52,836 nucleotides of DNA from a virus. Of this stretch, positions 1 through 9,385 are shown one piece after another. The stretch is from the IMG/VR virus record IMGVR_UViG_3300025738_000002. The stretch is one strand, 5' to 3'. Each line of letters opens with the position of its first letter. Within the stretch, counting starts at the first letter, position 1. Under the pieces are notes generated by a model, which was given only the letters and a program-made list of their open reading frames with translations, was not told the DNA's origin and searched no databases. Position numbers and translations under genes: made by a program.

Positions 1-127
1 CCTAGCGAAATTGGGTGCCATTTCAGTTAACGAAATACGAAAGAAATTCGGTATGAATACAGTTGAAGGCGCTGACGTATATCAAGTCATAACCAACAAC
101 GCAGAATTTGGCACATGGGAAGAAGCA
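1..127. repeat. Terminal overlap copy 1, identical to nt 52710-52836 (circular closure)
   Basis: Both window ends were compared base by base and share an identical 127-mer. The repeat lies inside the portal reading frame. Confidence 0.95.
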
Positions 128-229
128 GAAGAAATTAGAGCCGAAGCCCGCCAGATGGCGCAAGACGCACATCAACTCGCGATGAATCCGCCAGAACCGG
201 AGGCACAACCAAAACCTAAACCAGCATAA
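2..229 (+). CDS. Portal protein C-terminal part (same gene as 51643.., joined across the circular junction; about 431 aa in total)
   Basis: The frame of 51643 continues in phase into track ORF 11..229 once the 127-nt overlap is removed. Confidence 0.9.
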   Translation, partial: LAKLGAISVNEIRKKFGMNTVEGADVYQVITNNAEFGTWEEAEEIRAEARQMAQDAHQLAMNPPEPEAQPKPKPA

Positions 230-233
230 GGAA

Positions 234-932
234 ATGGCAATGAGCAATAAAACGTTACAAGCATCATTTGATGTTAAGAACGTATCGGATGAGGGCGTTA
301 TTGAAGGCTACGGAAACGTATTCGACGTGAAAGACCACGCCCTCGATATAACGATGAAAGGTGCGTTTACCAAGTCTTTACAATCAATCAAATTAAATGG
401 CAAGACATTGCCACTTCTATACCAACACAAAGCAGACGAACCAATCGGTGTTTTCACCGAGCTATCCGAAGACCAGCACGGCTTAAAAGTAAAAGCGCAG
501 ATTAACTTAGATACACAGAAAGGGCGTGAGGTTCTTTCTCTTATCAAACAGAAGGCCATAAGCGGCCTATCTATTGGATACCGAACCATTCGCGAGGAAT
601 GGGACAGTAAACAGAAAGCTAATCTACTGCACGAACTTGAAGTACATGAAATCAGCGCCGTTACATTCCCATGTAATGAGCATTCACGAATCGACCGAGT
701 TAAATCACTTCTAGAGCACAGTTGCTTACCCTCTCAGCCAGAGCTTGAAAAAGCCCTTAAAGAGATTGGTTTCACTAATTCTCAATCGAAGATGATCGTA
801 GCTAAGTATCGACCACAACAAAAAGACGTCAGCGAACTCTCTCAAGATGAACTCAAGGCACAGATCGACGAATGCCAATCGTTCCTTGCGAAGGAGGTTG
901 ATGTTTCCGAACTAAAGGCACTTTTCACATGA
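234..932 (+). CDS. Prohead serine protease, HK97/S78 family
   Basis: IEGYGNVFDVKDHALDITMKGAFTKSL matches the S78 N-terminal signature. The gene sits between portal and capsid. Confidence 0.85.
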   Translation: MAMSNKTLQASFDVKNVSDEGVIEGYGNVFDVKDHALDITMKGAFTKSLQSIKLNGKTLPLLYQHKADEPIGVFTELSEDQHGLKVKAQINLDTQKGREVLSLIKQKAISGLSIGYRTIREEWDSKQKANLLHELEVHEISAVTFPCNEHSRIDRVKSLLEHSCLPSQPELEKALKEIGFTNSQSKMIVAKYRPQQKDVSELSQDELKAQIDECQSFLAKEVDVSELKALFT

Positions 933-1054
933 CCACCGTAAAAGTCAAACGAAACGCTGACGGCGTGGAGATGATTGTTTCCGAAGCCAAGTACGAGCAA
1001 ATCAAGAATCGATTCACGCTCGTAAAGCCCATAAAGAAAACCACCAAGAAATAG
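929..1054 (+). CDS. Small basic hypothetical protein (41 aa; below the ORF-track cut-off)
   Basis: Its ATG overlaps the protease stop (ATGA). Product: MTTVKVKRNADGVEMIVSEAKYEQIKNRFTLVKPIKKTTKK. Coding status is uncertain. Confidence 0.3.
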   Translation: MTTVKVKRNADGVEMIVSEAKYEQIKNRFTLVKPIKKTTKK

Positions 1055-1073
1055 CCCATACGGGCTTTTTTTA
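1053..1073 (+). terminator. Short hairpin AGCCC/GGGCT followed by T7 (weak or leaky terminator)
   Basis: A 5-bp GC stem, 4-nt loop and T-run, read directly from the sequence. Confidence 0.4.
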
Positions 1074-1092
1074 TATCTGAAATTTAAGGAAT
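1068..1092 (+). promoter_or_regulatory. Shared 25-nt leader TTTTTATATCTGAAATTTAAGGAAT, copy 1 (upstream of the capsid gene)
   Basis: The exact 25-mer recurs at 20391-20415. It contains the SD AAGGA. Confidence 0.6.
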
Positions 1093-1096
1093 GAAC

Positions 1097-2320
1097 ATGG
1101 AACAGAAAGATATCAACGCGATCACTGATGGCGTGAAAAGCATTCAAGACGAAGCGCTAATTACTAAATCAACGCTTACGACTCAAGCACAAAAAATCGA
1201 AGACCTGAAAGAAGCAATTGCAGACCTAGAAGCTAAAGGCCAGCGACCAAACATCGAAGAAAAGGACACTGCAGAGATGAATCACTCAGCACGTAACCAG
1301 CTAGTAAAAGCTTGGTTAAAAGACGGCGAAAAAGATCTAGGCGTATTTGCATCTAAAGCAGCACAACTAGATACAGTTACACCGGCTAACGGTGGCATCG
1401 CGATTGAAGAAGAATTAGGCAAAGAGATCATCGAATTATCGCGTGAAGCTTTCCCTATTCTATCTGAAGTTGGTTCGCTATCTGTTGGTTCAAAAGACTA
1501 TCGCCAGCCGGTCTTGATTGGCCTACCGCAGGTTCTTGGTACAACGGAAAACGTTGCTGGTACTCAGCCTGCAGAAACAACTGTTGAGACATACACAGAA
1601 ATCACCGGTAAGTTCATCAAGGCGTATTCTCAGCCAAGATTTACGAACGAGGTTGCTATGGACCCTCACATCGATATCGTTGCTCACATGCGCTCATTAT
1701 TGGTTGAGATGGAATCTCGCTACATGGTTAACCAAGTACTATTTGGTGATGGCTCAAGTACTGGTATGCGCGGCATTTTAACTAAGCGTTGTGATTCTAC
1801 TAACGCATTCGCTGAAAGTCTTAAAGGCGATATCGCCCGTGACCCTGATTTCTACAAAGTACTGAAAAGTGGCAACGCATCTCTAATTGGCGCTGACTCT
1901 ACCGATATTATTGAAAACCTTATCGACATGACGATTGACCTTCCAACGGCATACGTTTCAGGTTCTAAATTTATCATGAACCGTCGCACGTTCGCTACGT
2001 TACGCAAGGTTGTAGATACTGCAGGCCGTCCGTTACTAACTAGCACTCAAGATCGCGGTTATGTAGGCGCGTCAGGCTTCGACATTATCGGCTTCCCTGT
2101 TCTTATCGATGACAATATGCCCGATGTAGCGGCTGATTCTACGCCTATTATCTTCGGTAATCTGGCTCAAGCATTCCGCTTGCTGCCTGTCGCCGGTTCG
2201 GATTTCATGGTACAGGACCAGATAACGAAAAAGGGTAATACGATTTTGTATCATGAGTGGTGGGTTGGCGATGTGATTTATCACAACGATGCAATTCGTG
2301 TAATGGCTATCGCTGCATAA
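1097..2320 (+). CDS. Major capsid protein, HK97 fold, with N-terminal coiled-coil delta/scaffold region
   Basis: Position after the protease, size of about 407 aa, and coiled-coil N-terminus (LKEAIADLEAKG). ATG 1097 is preferred over 1091 because AAGGA is then 6 nt upstream, as in leader copy 2. Confidence 0.9.
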   Translation: MEQKDINAITDGVKSIQDEALITKSTLTTQAQKIEDLKEAIADLEAKGQRPNIEEKDTAEMNHSARNQLVKAWLKDGEKDLGVFASKAAQLDTVTPANGGIAIEEELGKEIIELSREAFPILSEVGSLSVGSKDYRQPVLIGLPQVLGTTENVAGTQPAETTVETYTEITGKFIKAYSQPRFTNEVAMDPHIDIVAHMRSLLVEMESRYMVNQVLFGDGSSTGMRGILTKRCDSTNAFAESLKGDIARDPDFYKVLKSGNASLIGADSTDIIENLIDMTIDLPTAYVSGSKFIMNRRTFATLRKVVDTAGRPLLTSTQDRGYVGASGFDIIGFPVLIDDNMPDVAADSTPIIFGNLAQAFRLLPVAGSDFMVQDQITKKGNTILYHEWWVGDVIYHNDAIRVMAIAA

Positions 2321-2334
2321 GCGTAGGGGGTTAT

Positions 2335-2892
2335 GTGGATTACACGATACTTGAAAAAGGTATCGGGAACATACTAACCCTCGATCAGATTTCGCAACAC
2401 TTGCGGATTTACGATGAATATGACGAGCAATATCTGTTCCAATTACATGACGCTGCGGTTGACGCTGCAGAGTCATATATGAACCGAGTGATATTGCAAT
2501 CTAAAGTGATCATCGAAACTAACAACTTACTCGCTAAGTTACCGCAAGGCGTCGCTTCTGACGTGGATAGTATTACCTATGTTAACGACTCAGAACAACG
2601 AGTAAGTCTAACTGACTACACATTTAACACCATCACCAACAGAGTAGAGATTAATAAGGCAACGGCTTTAACCCTCAATTCAGCTAAGGCAAGTAAGTAC
2701 CAAATTACTTTCAATACTGGCTGGTATTTGGACGAAATACCAAGCGTTATTACTCAAGCTGTTCTTATCCTTATCGGTTCATTGTATGAAATGCGAGAGG
2801 ATGCGGTGGTAGGTCAAGGCGTGACTGTTAACAAAATCCCAAACACTCATAAGCAGCTTTTATCAAAGTATAAGATACGGAGATTAGGCTAA
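2335..2892 (+). CDS. Head-tail connector (gp6-like, Phage_connect_1 type)
   Basis: LTLDQISQHLRIYDEYDEQYLFQLHDAAVDAAESYMNRVI is the classic gp6-like motif. A GTG start at 2335 follows the RBS TAGGGGG. The track start at 2257 overlaps the capsid gene. Confidence 0.75.
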   Translation: MDYTILEKGIGNILTLDQISQHLRIYDEYDEQYLFQLHDAAVDAAESYMNRVILQSKVIIETNNLLAKLPQGVASDVDSITYVNDSEQRVSLTDYTFNTITNRVEINKATALTLNSAKASKYQITFNTGWYLDEIPSVITQAVLILIGSLYEMREDAVVGQGVTVNKIPNTHKQLLSKYKIRRLG

Positions 2893-3236
2893 TGCGGGCA
2901 GGTGAAATGCGCCATCGCGTACAAGTGTATAGACCAAGTTCAACTAAAGACGAATACGGTGAAGCACAGTACGTTCTATGGAATAAAAACGTTTATTGCG
3001 CAGCCAAAGCGAAAGACGCTTCCGAGCAGGTATTAGGTTCTGAATATTCAGCAGCAACTTTTGTTGATTTCAAAATCCGATATTCGAGGTCTGTTGAGAT
3101 GGAATACCAAGACATGATCATATTGTTTCGCGGTAAAGAGTTTCAAATAACAGGCGTTAGAAATATTGGATTTATGGACAAGGAACTAATGGTAGCAGGG
3201 GTGCATTTTGCAAATCAGCAGCGACTTAACCTATAA
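2892..3236 (+). CDS. Head closure / head-tail joining protein (SPP1 gp16 / HK97 gp9-like)
   Basis: MRHRVQVYRPSSTKDEYGE fits the Phage_H_T_join pattern. The ATGA overlap and gene order also fit. Confidence 0.7.
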   Translation: MRAGEMRHRVQVYRPSSTKDEYGEAQYVLWNKNVYCAAKAKDASEQVLGSEYSAATFVDFKIRYSRSVEMEYQDMIILFRGKEFQITGVRNIGFMDKELMVAGVHFANQQRLNL

Positions 3237-3789
3237 CGGCTCACGCAGCCTACCCGATATCTATAAAGAAATGGACAAGATGTGGAACCTAGTGGGCAAA
3301 GCTTACGAAAGTCCTAATAATCGAGCAGTTTTAGATATCAGGTACTCACTGCGAAAAGCCAACGAAGTTATATATAAACGTGCCTTATCACGCGCCCCTT
3401 CTATTAGATCTGAAATTAGAGATACCGAACCAGCATATCGAAAGGCGATATCTCTTAAAGATAAATCAGGTCTGCAAGAAAGAAGCGCAATGAGCAAACG
3501 CTTAATGAGCCGAGGAATTATAGCAAGACGGACCGTAGGCTCTGCAGGCTACGCATCGCAATATATTGCAGCCGTCGAGTATGGCCGTGATGAATTTGTG
3601 CAGCCTAGGACCAAAATTGTAAACGGAGCTGTCGAAGCAACGTTTAGAAAAATTGGTAAAGCAAAGGCACAACCATTCCTAAGACAAGCCTTGTTTAGTG
3701 GGGCGCAGCCAGCATATGACGTATTTACTAGCACATTAGAAAAGCGTTGGGCTGCAACCATGAAGAGGGTTGCAAGGATTAATCAATGA
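3208..3789 (+). CDS. HK97 gp10-family neck/tail-attachment protein
   Basis: AAVEYGRDEF...AKAQPFLRQAL matches the gp10-family signature. The true start may be ATG 3271; 3208 is a TTG. Confidence 0.65.
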   Translation: MQISSDLTYNGSRSLPDIYKEMDKMWNLVGKAYESPNNRAVLDIRYSLRKANEVIYKRALSRAPSIRSEIRDTEPAYRKAISLKDKSGLQERSAMSKRLMSRGIIARRTVGSAGYASQYIAAVEYGRDEFVQPRTKIVNGAVEATFRKIGKAKAQPFLRQALFSGAQPAYDVFTSTLEKRWAATMKRVARINQ

Positions 3790-4154
3790 ATCAAGAGTTA
3801 CTAGCATACCTAAACAGTCTGCTAGGTATAGACGGATACATAATCAGAAAACCAGAAAACACACCCTACCCCGCATTCGTTATATCAAATTCTATATCTA
3901 GAGACTTACCAATCTACGCCAATCAAGGGAAGCCTATGGGCTACACCTTTGGCATTCAAATAAATCTAATCGGCAACAGTTACAAAAGCATCTCGCCACA
4001 TGGCCAAACCATCATAGACGCATTAGATGGCTTCTCTGGTGATATCGGCGGCGTGACAGTAATTGACTCGACGATGAATGGTTACACGGAATTTCAGAAC
4101 AGTAACAAGAACTACGAACTAGTTATTGATTTTACTGTTCGCTCATTAAATTAA
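3786..4154 (+). CDS. Tail terminator/completion protein (DUF3168-like)
   Basis: Position upstream of the major tail gene, plus N-terminal LLAYLNSLLGIDGYIIRKPENTPYPAFVISN. Confidence 0.5.
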   Translation: MNQELLAYLNSLLGIDGYIIRKPENTPYPAFVISNSISRDLPIYANQGKPMGYTFGIQINLIGNSYKSISPHGQTIIDALDGFSGDIGGVTVIDSTMNGYTEFQNSNKNYELVIDFTVRSLN

Positions 4155-4164
4155 GGAGCCTTAA

Positions 4165-4614
4165 ATGGCAGGTATTGGACGCGGTACTCGCGGTATTAAC
4201 ACGAAACTTTTATACAGCTTAACGACAGGTGCTGTAGACCCTTCAACATTCACTTTGCCTGTTGGCGACGTTGTATCAATGGGCGACTTAGCTGACGCCG
4301 CTAATACAACGGAGGTAACTATTTACGGCGAAGGTTATGTAAACACATTCACAACCACTAAAAATATTGGTCAGTTAGATTTTGAATTTCTGGCTAACAC
4401 CACTGATACAGGCCAAACAGCTTTAGAGCTGCTGTATAAAAATGGTGACACTGCCTCTTTCGACTTGCGCTATTCAGACGGCACCGGCGAGAGTGATTAC
4501 ATGTTCGACGGTCAAGTGTCGGCATTTGGTATCTCTGCTGCTGCAGATGACATTGTGCGATACACAGTATCAATCGTTGTCCACGGCGCAGCAACCAAAG
4601 TAAATAAAACATAG
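4165..4614 (+). CDS. Major tail (tube) protein
   Basis: A 149-aa ORF with a good RBS (AAGGAG), immediately upstream of the chaperone/frameshift pair and the tape measure gene. Confidence 0.6.
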   Translation: MAGIGRGTRGINTKLLYSLTTGAVDPSTFTLPVGDVVSMGDLADAANTTEVTIYGEGYVNTFTTTKNIGQLDFEFLANTTDTGQTALELLYKNGDTASFDLRYSDGTGESDYMFDGQVSAFGISAAADDIVRYTVSIVVHGAATKVNKT

Positions 4615-4622
4615 TACTACTT

Positions 4623-4640
4623 GGAGGGGTTCGCCCCTCC
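4623..4640 (+). promoter_or_regulatory. GC-rich hairpin GGAGGGG-TTCG-CCCCTCC just after the major tail gene (no T-run)
   Basis: Perfect 7-bp stem with a UUCG tetraloop. This is a plausible transcript 3-prime stabiliser or attenuator. Confidence 0.4.
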
Positions 4641-4659
4641 CATTAATCAAGGAACAAAC

Positions 4660-4848
4660 ATGATCAAGATTACGCAAGTGACAGAGGCTAGTAAAAAGGC
4701 GATAAGTGAAGTTATTGCAGCTATATCAAACAAGACACAAGTAAGCATCAACGGCTTTGATTTTTACCCAAAACAGGCCAGCGTAGACGAGCACAAACAG
4801 CTATATGTAGAAGGCTTTATTAAGGAACGAAACAATGAATGCAAGTAG
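4660..4848 (+). CDS. Hypothetical protein (62 aa)
   Basis: ATG 4660 lies 7 nt after AAGGA. The track start at 4621 is a TTG inside the hairpin. Confidence 0.5.
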   Translation: MIKITQVTEASKKAISEVIAAISNKTQVSINGFDFYPKQASVDEHKQLYVEGFIKERNNECK

Positions 4849-5155
4849 CCTATTAAAAACACTAAAACGCAAAACAGAGACTATCGAGGTTGAAGGCTTT
4901 GGGGAATTTAACGTTGTAGGTCTGACAGTTAGCCAGTTTTTCGATGCTTCTCAACACTCAGATAACCAGGACATGTTTTTTGCTACGGCAATCGTCCACG
5001 GCGTACTCGATGACAAGGGTAAAAAGGTGTTCAAACCAGAACACGCCAAGGAGTTATCAAACTCATCAAATGTTAACTTTATTATCACGCTAGGCTCTAA
5101 AATATTAGAGTTATCACAGCCGGTGGTAGCTAACGAGAAAGCCGCAAAAAAGTAA
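4835..5155 (+). CDS. Tail assembly chaperone (gpG analogue)
   Basis: Located between the major tail and tape measure genes. It ends with the slippery heptamer A_AAA_AAG. Confidence 0.7.
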   Translation: MNASSLLKTLKRKTETIEVEGFGEFNVVGLTVSQFFDASQHSDNQDMFFATAIVHGVLDDKGKKVFKPEHAKELSNSSNVNFIITLGSKILELSQPVVANEKAAKK

Positions 5156-5496
5156 TAAGCGATTTCAAGAAAGACAAGTTTAGACAATTCACATTAGAGT
5201 TAATGGTGTTCTGGGGATTAACGCCAGAACAGTTTTCAGAAGTACCTTACAACACCCTGCACGAACTAAACCTACTACAACAACAAAACCCATTCTTACC
5301 TAGTTCAAGTTGGATTCAAAGCGGCACAATTGCAAGCTGCATCATGAATGCACAACGAACTAAAAAGGATCAAAAGGTACTGGCCTTCGATGATATTTAC
5401 CCTTTCTTGAAAGATGCTAAAGAAGTTGATTTGGACGATTTGGACAATGAAAGCCAAGCGGCCATAGGCAATAAAATACGCAATATATTTGGATAA
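4835..5496 (+). CDS. Tail assembly chaperone G-T fusion product (via -1 frameshift at 5146-5152)
   Basis: The 17 codons between the slip site and ATG 5203 contain no stop and are in phase with 5203..5496. Confidence 0.65.
5146..5152 (+). promoter_or_regulatory. Programmed -1 ribosomal frameshift site A_AAA_AAG
   Basis: In the zero frame the sequence reads gcA AAA AAG taa. The -1 frame is open (gta ata agc ... tta atg) and runs directly into ORF 5203..5496. Confidence 0.7.
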
Positions 5497-5500
5497 AAAC

Positions 5501-5525
5501 AGGGTGCCTTACGGCATCCTTTTTC
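5501..5525 (+). terminator. Hairpin AGGGTGCC/GGCATCCT followed by T5
   Basis: An 8-bp stem (one G-U pair), TTAC loop and T-run. Confidence 0.5.
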
Positions 5526-5540
5526 AATTAGGTGGGATAG

Positions 5541-7871
5541 ATGGCAAAGACTGTCACGGTAGGTTCAGTCAATATTGATATGAACGTTAGTGCTAATAAG
5601 CTTGTACTCCAAGTTAAAAAGGCAGAGCAGACATATAATAAATCTCTGAAAAAGATGATCAAACAATCAAAGGCTTTAGCGTTAACCACAGCTAAAGTTA
5701 CTAAGAAAATAGCTAAGTTTGCCGTTGTTTCAAAGACTCTAGGCGCTGTTGGTCTTGCCGTATTTACAGTTAAAACGTATGAAGCGCAGCGAGAAATGCA
5801 ACGGCTTTCAGATCAAGCCGGTGTGTCTCTTGAGAAGTTCACACAAATGTCTCACGTTACTAATGCGCTTGGCCTGCAGACAGAGTACTTAGCCGATGGC
5901 ATGAAGGATCTTAACGCTCGAATTGTTGACGCTGCGAAAGGCGGCGGCACGATGGTTAACTTCTTCACACGTATAGGACAGTCAGCTAAAAGCTGGGCAG
6001 ACCTAAAGCCTGCAGAGCAGATAGACCGGTTTACTGCAGAGCTAGATAAGATGACTACTAGTGAGGCTAGTTTCTGGGCTGATGAGATCAACGACTCGAT
6101 GTTTCGCCTAAGCTCTACGCTTTCACGTTCTGGTAAATCTCTTCAAGAATTCCAAGATAGAGCCAAGGAATTAGGGGCCGGTACTAGCGCTCAATTCATT
6201 GGTGAAGTTAACGGCATGTACGAAAGCTTTTACGAGCTTAAAATTTTATGGGATGAATTAGCCGGTAGTACGCTGGGGATCTTGGCCACAACGTTTAAAA
6301 AGACATTTGGAACACTTACAGAGCAAGCCGAGAAAGCGTTAAAAAAACTTGGTGGCGGAAACTTACAGCAGGGAATATTAGTCGCTGCTAAAACGTTTGC
6401 GTCAGTTGTTCTAGGCGCAATCGCAAAGGTCGCGCAAGGCATACAAGCATTATTAAACTCGCTTCCTTCAAGCGTTACCGGTAAAGGTGAGGGCGACGCA
6501 GACACCGGCGAGGTTGACGCTAAAATAAACGCTGAATTACAGAAAAGACGCGCATTACAAATTAGGATTTCTGAGGCCAAGAAACTATCTAACCAAGATG
6601 GTGAAAAAGAAGTTAAGTTGATTAACTACCTTAATGGCCAGTTAGATGAATCAATAAATAAAACAAAGTCACTTAACAAAGAAAGAACAGAGATAACAAA
6701 GTCTCACGAACAGTTTAACTTTGCTGATTCAATAACAAGCTATGCAGACATGGCTCAAGAATCCCTTGACGGCCTAGACGTTAAGCTTGAAGAGATATCT
6801 AAAAAAGCTGACAAAACGGTAGTCATAGATGAAGGTAAGCTTAGAACTGACGCAGAGAAAATAAAAGGCATTCTAGACGGATTCTCAACCGGCGAAGATG
6901 ACTCATTGATGAAACGCCTTAGCCTGCAAATGAAAACCATTCGAGACTTTATCAAAGAAGCGACCACCCTAAAAGAATCACTAGGCGACGCTAAAACTCC
7001 TCAATTAGATGCACAGCTTGCAACAGCTAACGCTGCCAGTGACGCCGTAGCAAAAGCAATGTCCGACCAGCAGGTAGTGCTTGACGATAAGCTTTACCAA
7101 GATAAGTTGGCGGCTTTCGTAAAGTACAGCACAGATAAACAATCCGTACTTACTGCTGAGTATGAGCTTGAAAAAATAGCGCTTGATGCTGCATTTGAGG
7201 GTGAGCTAGAAAATAAAGCTCTACACAATGCCGCAAAGATAGAACTAGATAAGCAGTACGCAGAAGACTCAACTCAAATTCAGATAGACGCTAAAAATAA
7301 AGTTGATTATGCGAATAGACAATCGCTAGACGCGCTAGCAGGCGCAGCGAATGCGGCTATGGGAATAATCGGGCAAGTTAACGAAGAAAGTTCAGCCGGT
7401 GCAAAAGCTGCATTTTTGGCAACTCAAGGGCTTGCATTTGCTCAAGCAATTATGAATTCAAACTTAGCTTATGCACAAGCGCTCGCTTATAACAGTAACC
7501 AATCAGTACCGGAAGCGATGGTAAATGCAGAGCTTATCAGGGGTTTGGGTTATGCGTCAGCAGGCATGATCGCAGGGCAAGCTCTGGCCGGTGTATTCCA
7601 TGACGGTACGCCTATGGGCGGCGTTCCTACAGATGGTACGTACATGTTAGAAAAAGGTGAGATGGTCATGTCTAAGTCTAACGTTAAGAAGTTCGGCGAT
7701 GACATGCCCAGCAGTGCCGGTGGAAGTATAACGATAAACGCACCCATGAACGTATCAGGCAACGTAACCGATCAGAAGTGGTTCCAAAGCGAACTAGTTA
7801 AGCATCGAAATACAATTATGAACAGCGTCAATAAAGCTAAAAAAGAGCGGCCTAAAAGCTCGAAGCGCTAA
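5541..7871 (+). CDS. Tape measure protein
   Basis: 776 aa, largely helical and coiled-coil, with a Gly/Ala-rich hydrophobic C-terminal segment. The position is canonical. Confidence 0.85.
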   Translation: MAKTVTVGSVNIDMNVSANKLVLQVKKAEQTYNKSLKKMIKQSKALALTTAKVTKKIAKFAVVSKTLGAVGLAVFTVKTYEAQREMQRLSDQAGVSLEKFTQMSHVTNALGLQTEYLADGMKDLNARIVDAAKGGGTMVNFFTRIGQSAKSWADLKPAEQIDRFTAELDKMTTSEASFWADEINDSMFRLSSTLSRSGKSLQEFQDRAKELGAGTSAQFIGEVNGMYESFYELKILWDELAGSTLGILATTFKKTFGTLTEQAEKALKKLGGGNLQQGILVAAKTFASVVLGAIAKVAQGIQALLNSLPSSVTGKGEGDADTGEVDAKINAELQKRRALQIRISEAKKLSNQDGEKEVKLINYLNGQLDESINKTKSLNKERTEITKSHEQFNFADSITSYADMAQESLDGLDVKLEEISKKADKTVVIDEGKLRTDAEKIKGILDGFSTGEDDSLMKRLSLQMKTIRDFIKEATTLKESLGDAKTPQLDAQLATANAASDAVAKAMSDQQVVLDDKLYQDKLAAFVKYSTDKQSVLTAEYELEKIALDAAFEGELENKALHNAAKIELDKQYAEDSTQIQIDAKNKVDYANRQSLDALAGAANAAMGIIGQVNEESSAGAKAAFLATQGLAFAQAIMNSNLAYAQALAYNSNQSVPEAMVNAELIRGLGYASAGMIAGQALAGVFHDGTPMGGVPTDGTYMLEKGEMVMSKSNVKKFGDDMPSSAGGSITINAPMNVSGNVTDQKWFQSELVKHRNTIMNSVNKAKKERPKSSKR

Positions 7872-7887
7872 CCAAGGAGACAAACCA

Positions 7888-8463
7888 ATGGCCATAACAT
7901 TCCCCACCGGTGCAATGATTACCAATGTATCAGTAACTCATAACATCCCTACATTCACAACCGAATCACTTAGCCTGAAAGAGAAGTCGAAGCACCGAAA
8001 TACGCACCGGCTAGAAGGTTCTTTGGATGTAAGCTTATATGGTTTAACCAATCAAAAAGCATGGCAAGCGTTCATTGTAAAATGTAAGGGTAGAAGCGAA
8101 TCAATCACGTTAGATTTACCGCTTCACTTCAAATCATCAACATTAAGATCCGCCCCGACCATTTCAACCGCTGCAGGAATAGGGATAACGCAAGTCACCT
8201 TATCCGCCTTTGGTGGACATATCGAGGCCGGTTCGGTTGTTACATTCTTAAATGACACTAAAACCTATGTTGTTGAAGATGACGTTTCCAGCGGTGGGAT
8301 TATGAAGTTCTTTCCTCCGCTAAGGCAAGCGCAGCTAATTAACTCACTGGTTGAAGGTATTAACCCCGTAATGAATGTTCGATTAGAAAACGACATGCAA
8401 GAAATTGATTACGGTGACGGGCATCTTATGTCAGTTAAAATGAAATTTAAGGAGGCTTTATGA
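7888..8463 (+). CDS. Distal tail protein (Dit / GTA g12-like, by position)
   Basis: First gene after the tape measure gene. The assignment rests on synteny only. Confidence 0.45.
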   Translation: MAITFPTGAMITNVSVTHNIPTFTTESLSLKEKSKHRNTHRLEGSLDVSLYGLTNQKAWQAFIVKCKGRSESITLDLPLHFKSSTLRSAPTISTAAGIGITQVTLSAFGGHIEAGSVVTFLNDTKTYVVEDDVSSGGIMKFFPPLRQAQLINSLVEGINPVMNVRLENDMQEIDYGDGHLMSVKMKFKEAL

Positions 8464-8990
8464 TAGACGTAGTATTGCTCTCGTTAGATTTAACAGCCGC
8501 ACCGTCGGGCAATGTTCATCGACTAACATCAAACTCTTTCGACATTGAATACAACGGCCATAACTATTCAGCCGTTGGCGACCTTATCGGTATGGAGTCA
8601 ATCGAAAACATGGCCGAACTAACTTCTATCGGCATGTCTATTTCATTAAGCGGAATCGACCCAGCGTACAGGCAAGAAATTGATAATGGCGGGTTCTTGC
8701 GCGCCCCTATTGATATTTCAATTGCTCAACTTCCAGATAACACAAACGTCGTACCAGACAATACCGCTGCGTTTTTTCATCGTGGAACTTGCGACACACC
8801 TAATACTGAAATTGATTACGATGCGGGAACTATGTCTATCAATATTGGTACTCAATCCGTATTCGGAAATTTAGATAAGATCCCCGACTTGTGCAGAACA
8901 AGCCAAAGCTCACATAAGGCGCGTCATGCTGGTGATGACTTTTTTAAATACGTTGCAAGTATTGCTCAAGAAGAAATCTGGAAGTCGTAA
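8460..8990 (+). CDS. Tail tip/hub protein (GTA g13-like, by position)
   Basis: Translationally coupled (ATGA overlap). The assignment rests on synteny only. Confidence 0.4.
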   Translation: MIDVVLLSLDLTAAPSGNVHRLTSNSFDIEYNGHNYSAVGDLIGMESIENMAELTSIGMSISLSGIDPAYRQEIDNGGFLRAPIDISIAQLPDNTNVVPDNTAAFFHRGTCDTPNTEIDYDAGTMSINIGTQSVFGNLDKIPDLCRTSQSSHKARHAGDDFFKYVASIAQEEIWKS

Positions 8991-9385
8991 TGAACAAACA
9001 AACAATGATTAAAACGCTATCAGGATACAGAGGCAAAACGCATCAGTACGGAAAGTATTGCTGCAACCTTATGTTTTTAGAAGTATACGAACCAGAGATG
9101 TACGAGATCATTAAAGGCCGGTACACGACAGCTATTGGTGGAGCGCGGGTAGCGAGAAAAGAATTTGGCTATTCATCTATCGAGCAGTTCATTGAGTCGT
9201 CAGATAACTACGAAGAGATACCGCCAGAATTTGCCTCTCTAGGAGATGTATTTGTAAGCGGCTCACACGTAAGCATGTGTCTTGGGTATAAAACATTCGG
9301 CATGACTAATGATGTTTATACATTGATAGACACTAAGCACTTTCTAAATAAAACAGCATATAGGAATGTAACATGCCTGACGTAA
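8990..9385 (+). CDS. Putative NlpC/P60-type tail peptidase (lambda gpK C-domain / GTA g14-like)
   Basis: YRGKTHQYGKYCCNLMFLEVY supplies the Cys and GDVFVSGSHVSMCLG the His. This resembles the papain-like Cys/His pattern, and the position precedes the J-like gene. Confidence 0.5.
   Translation: MNKQTMIKTLSGYRGKTHQYGKYCCNLMFLEVYEPEMYEIIKGRYTTAIGGARVARKEFGYSSIEQFIESSDNYEEIPPEFASLGDVFVSGSHVSMCLGYKTFGMTNDVYTLIDTKHFLNKTAYRNVTCLT

Noticed and set aside
1-127. The 127-nt identical ends as a biological direct terminal repeat
   Set aside because: The repeat sits in the middle of the portal coding sequence, and its length matches a common assembler k-mer overlap. Circular closure is the more likely explanation. 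Only read-level data can settle this.
2257-2334. Upstream extension of the connector gene to the ATG at 2257
   Set aside because: It would overlap the capsid gene by 64 nt. A GTG at 2335 with an upstream GGGGG-type RBS gives a product that starts right at the conserved gp6-like motif.
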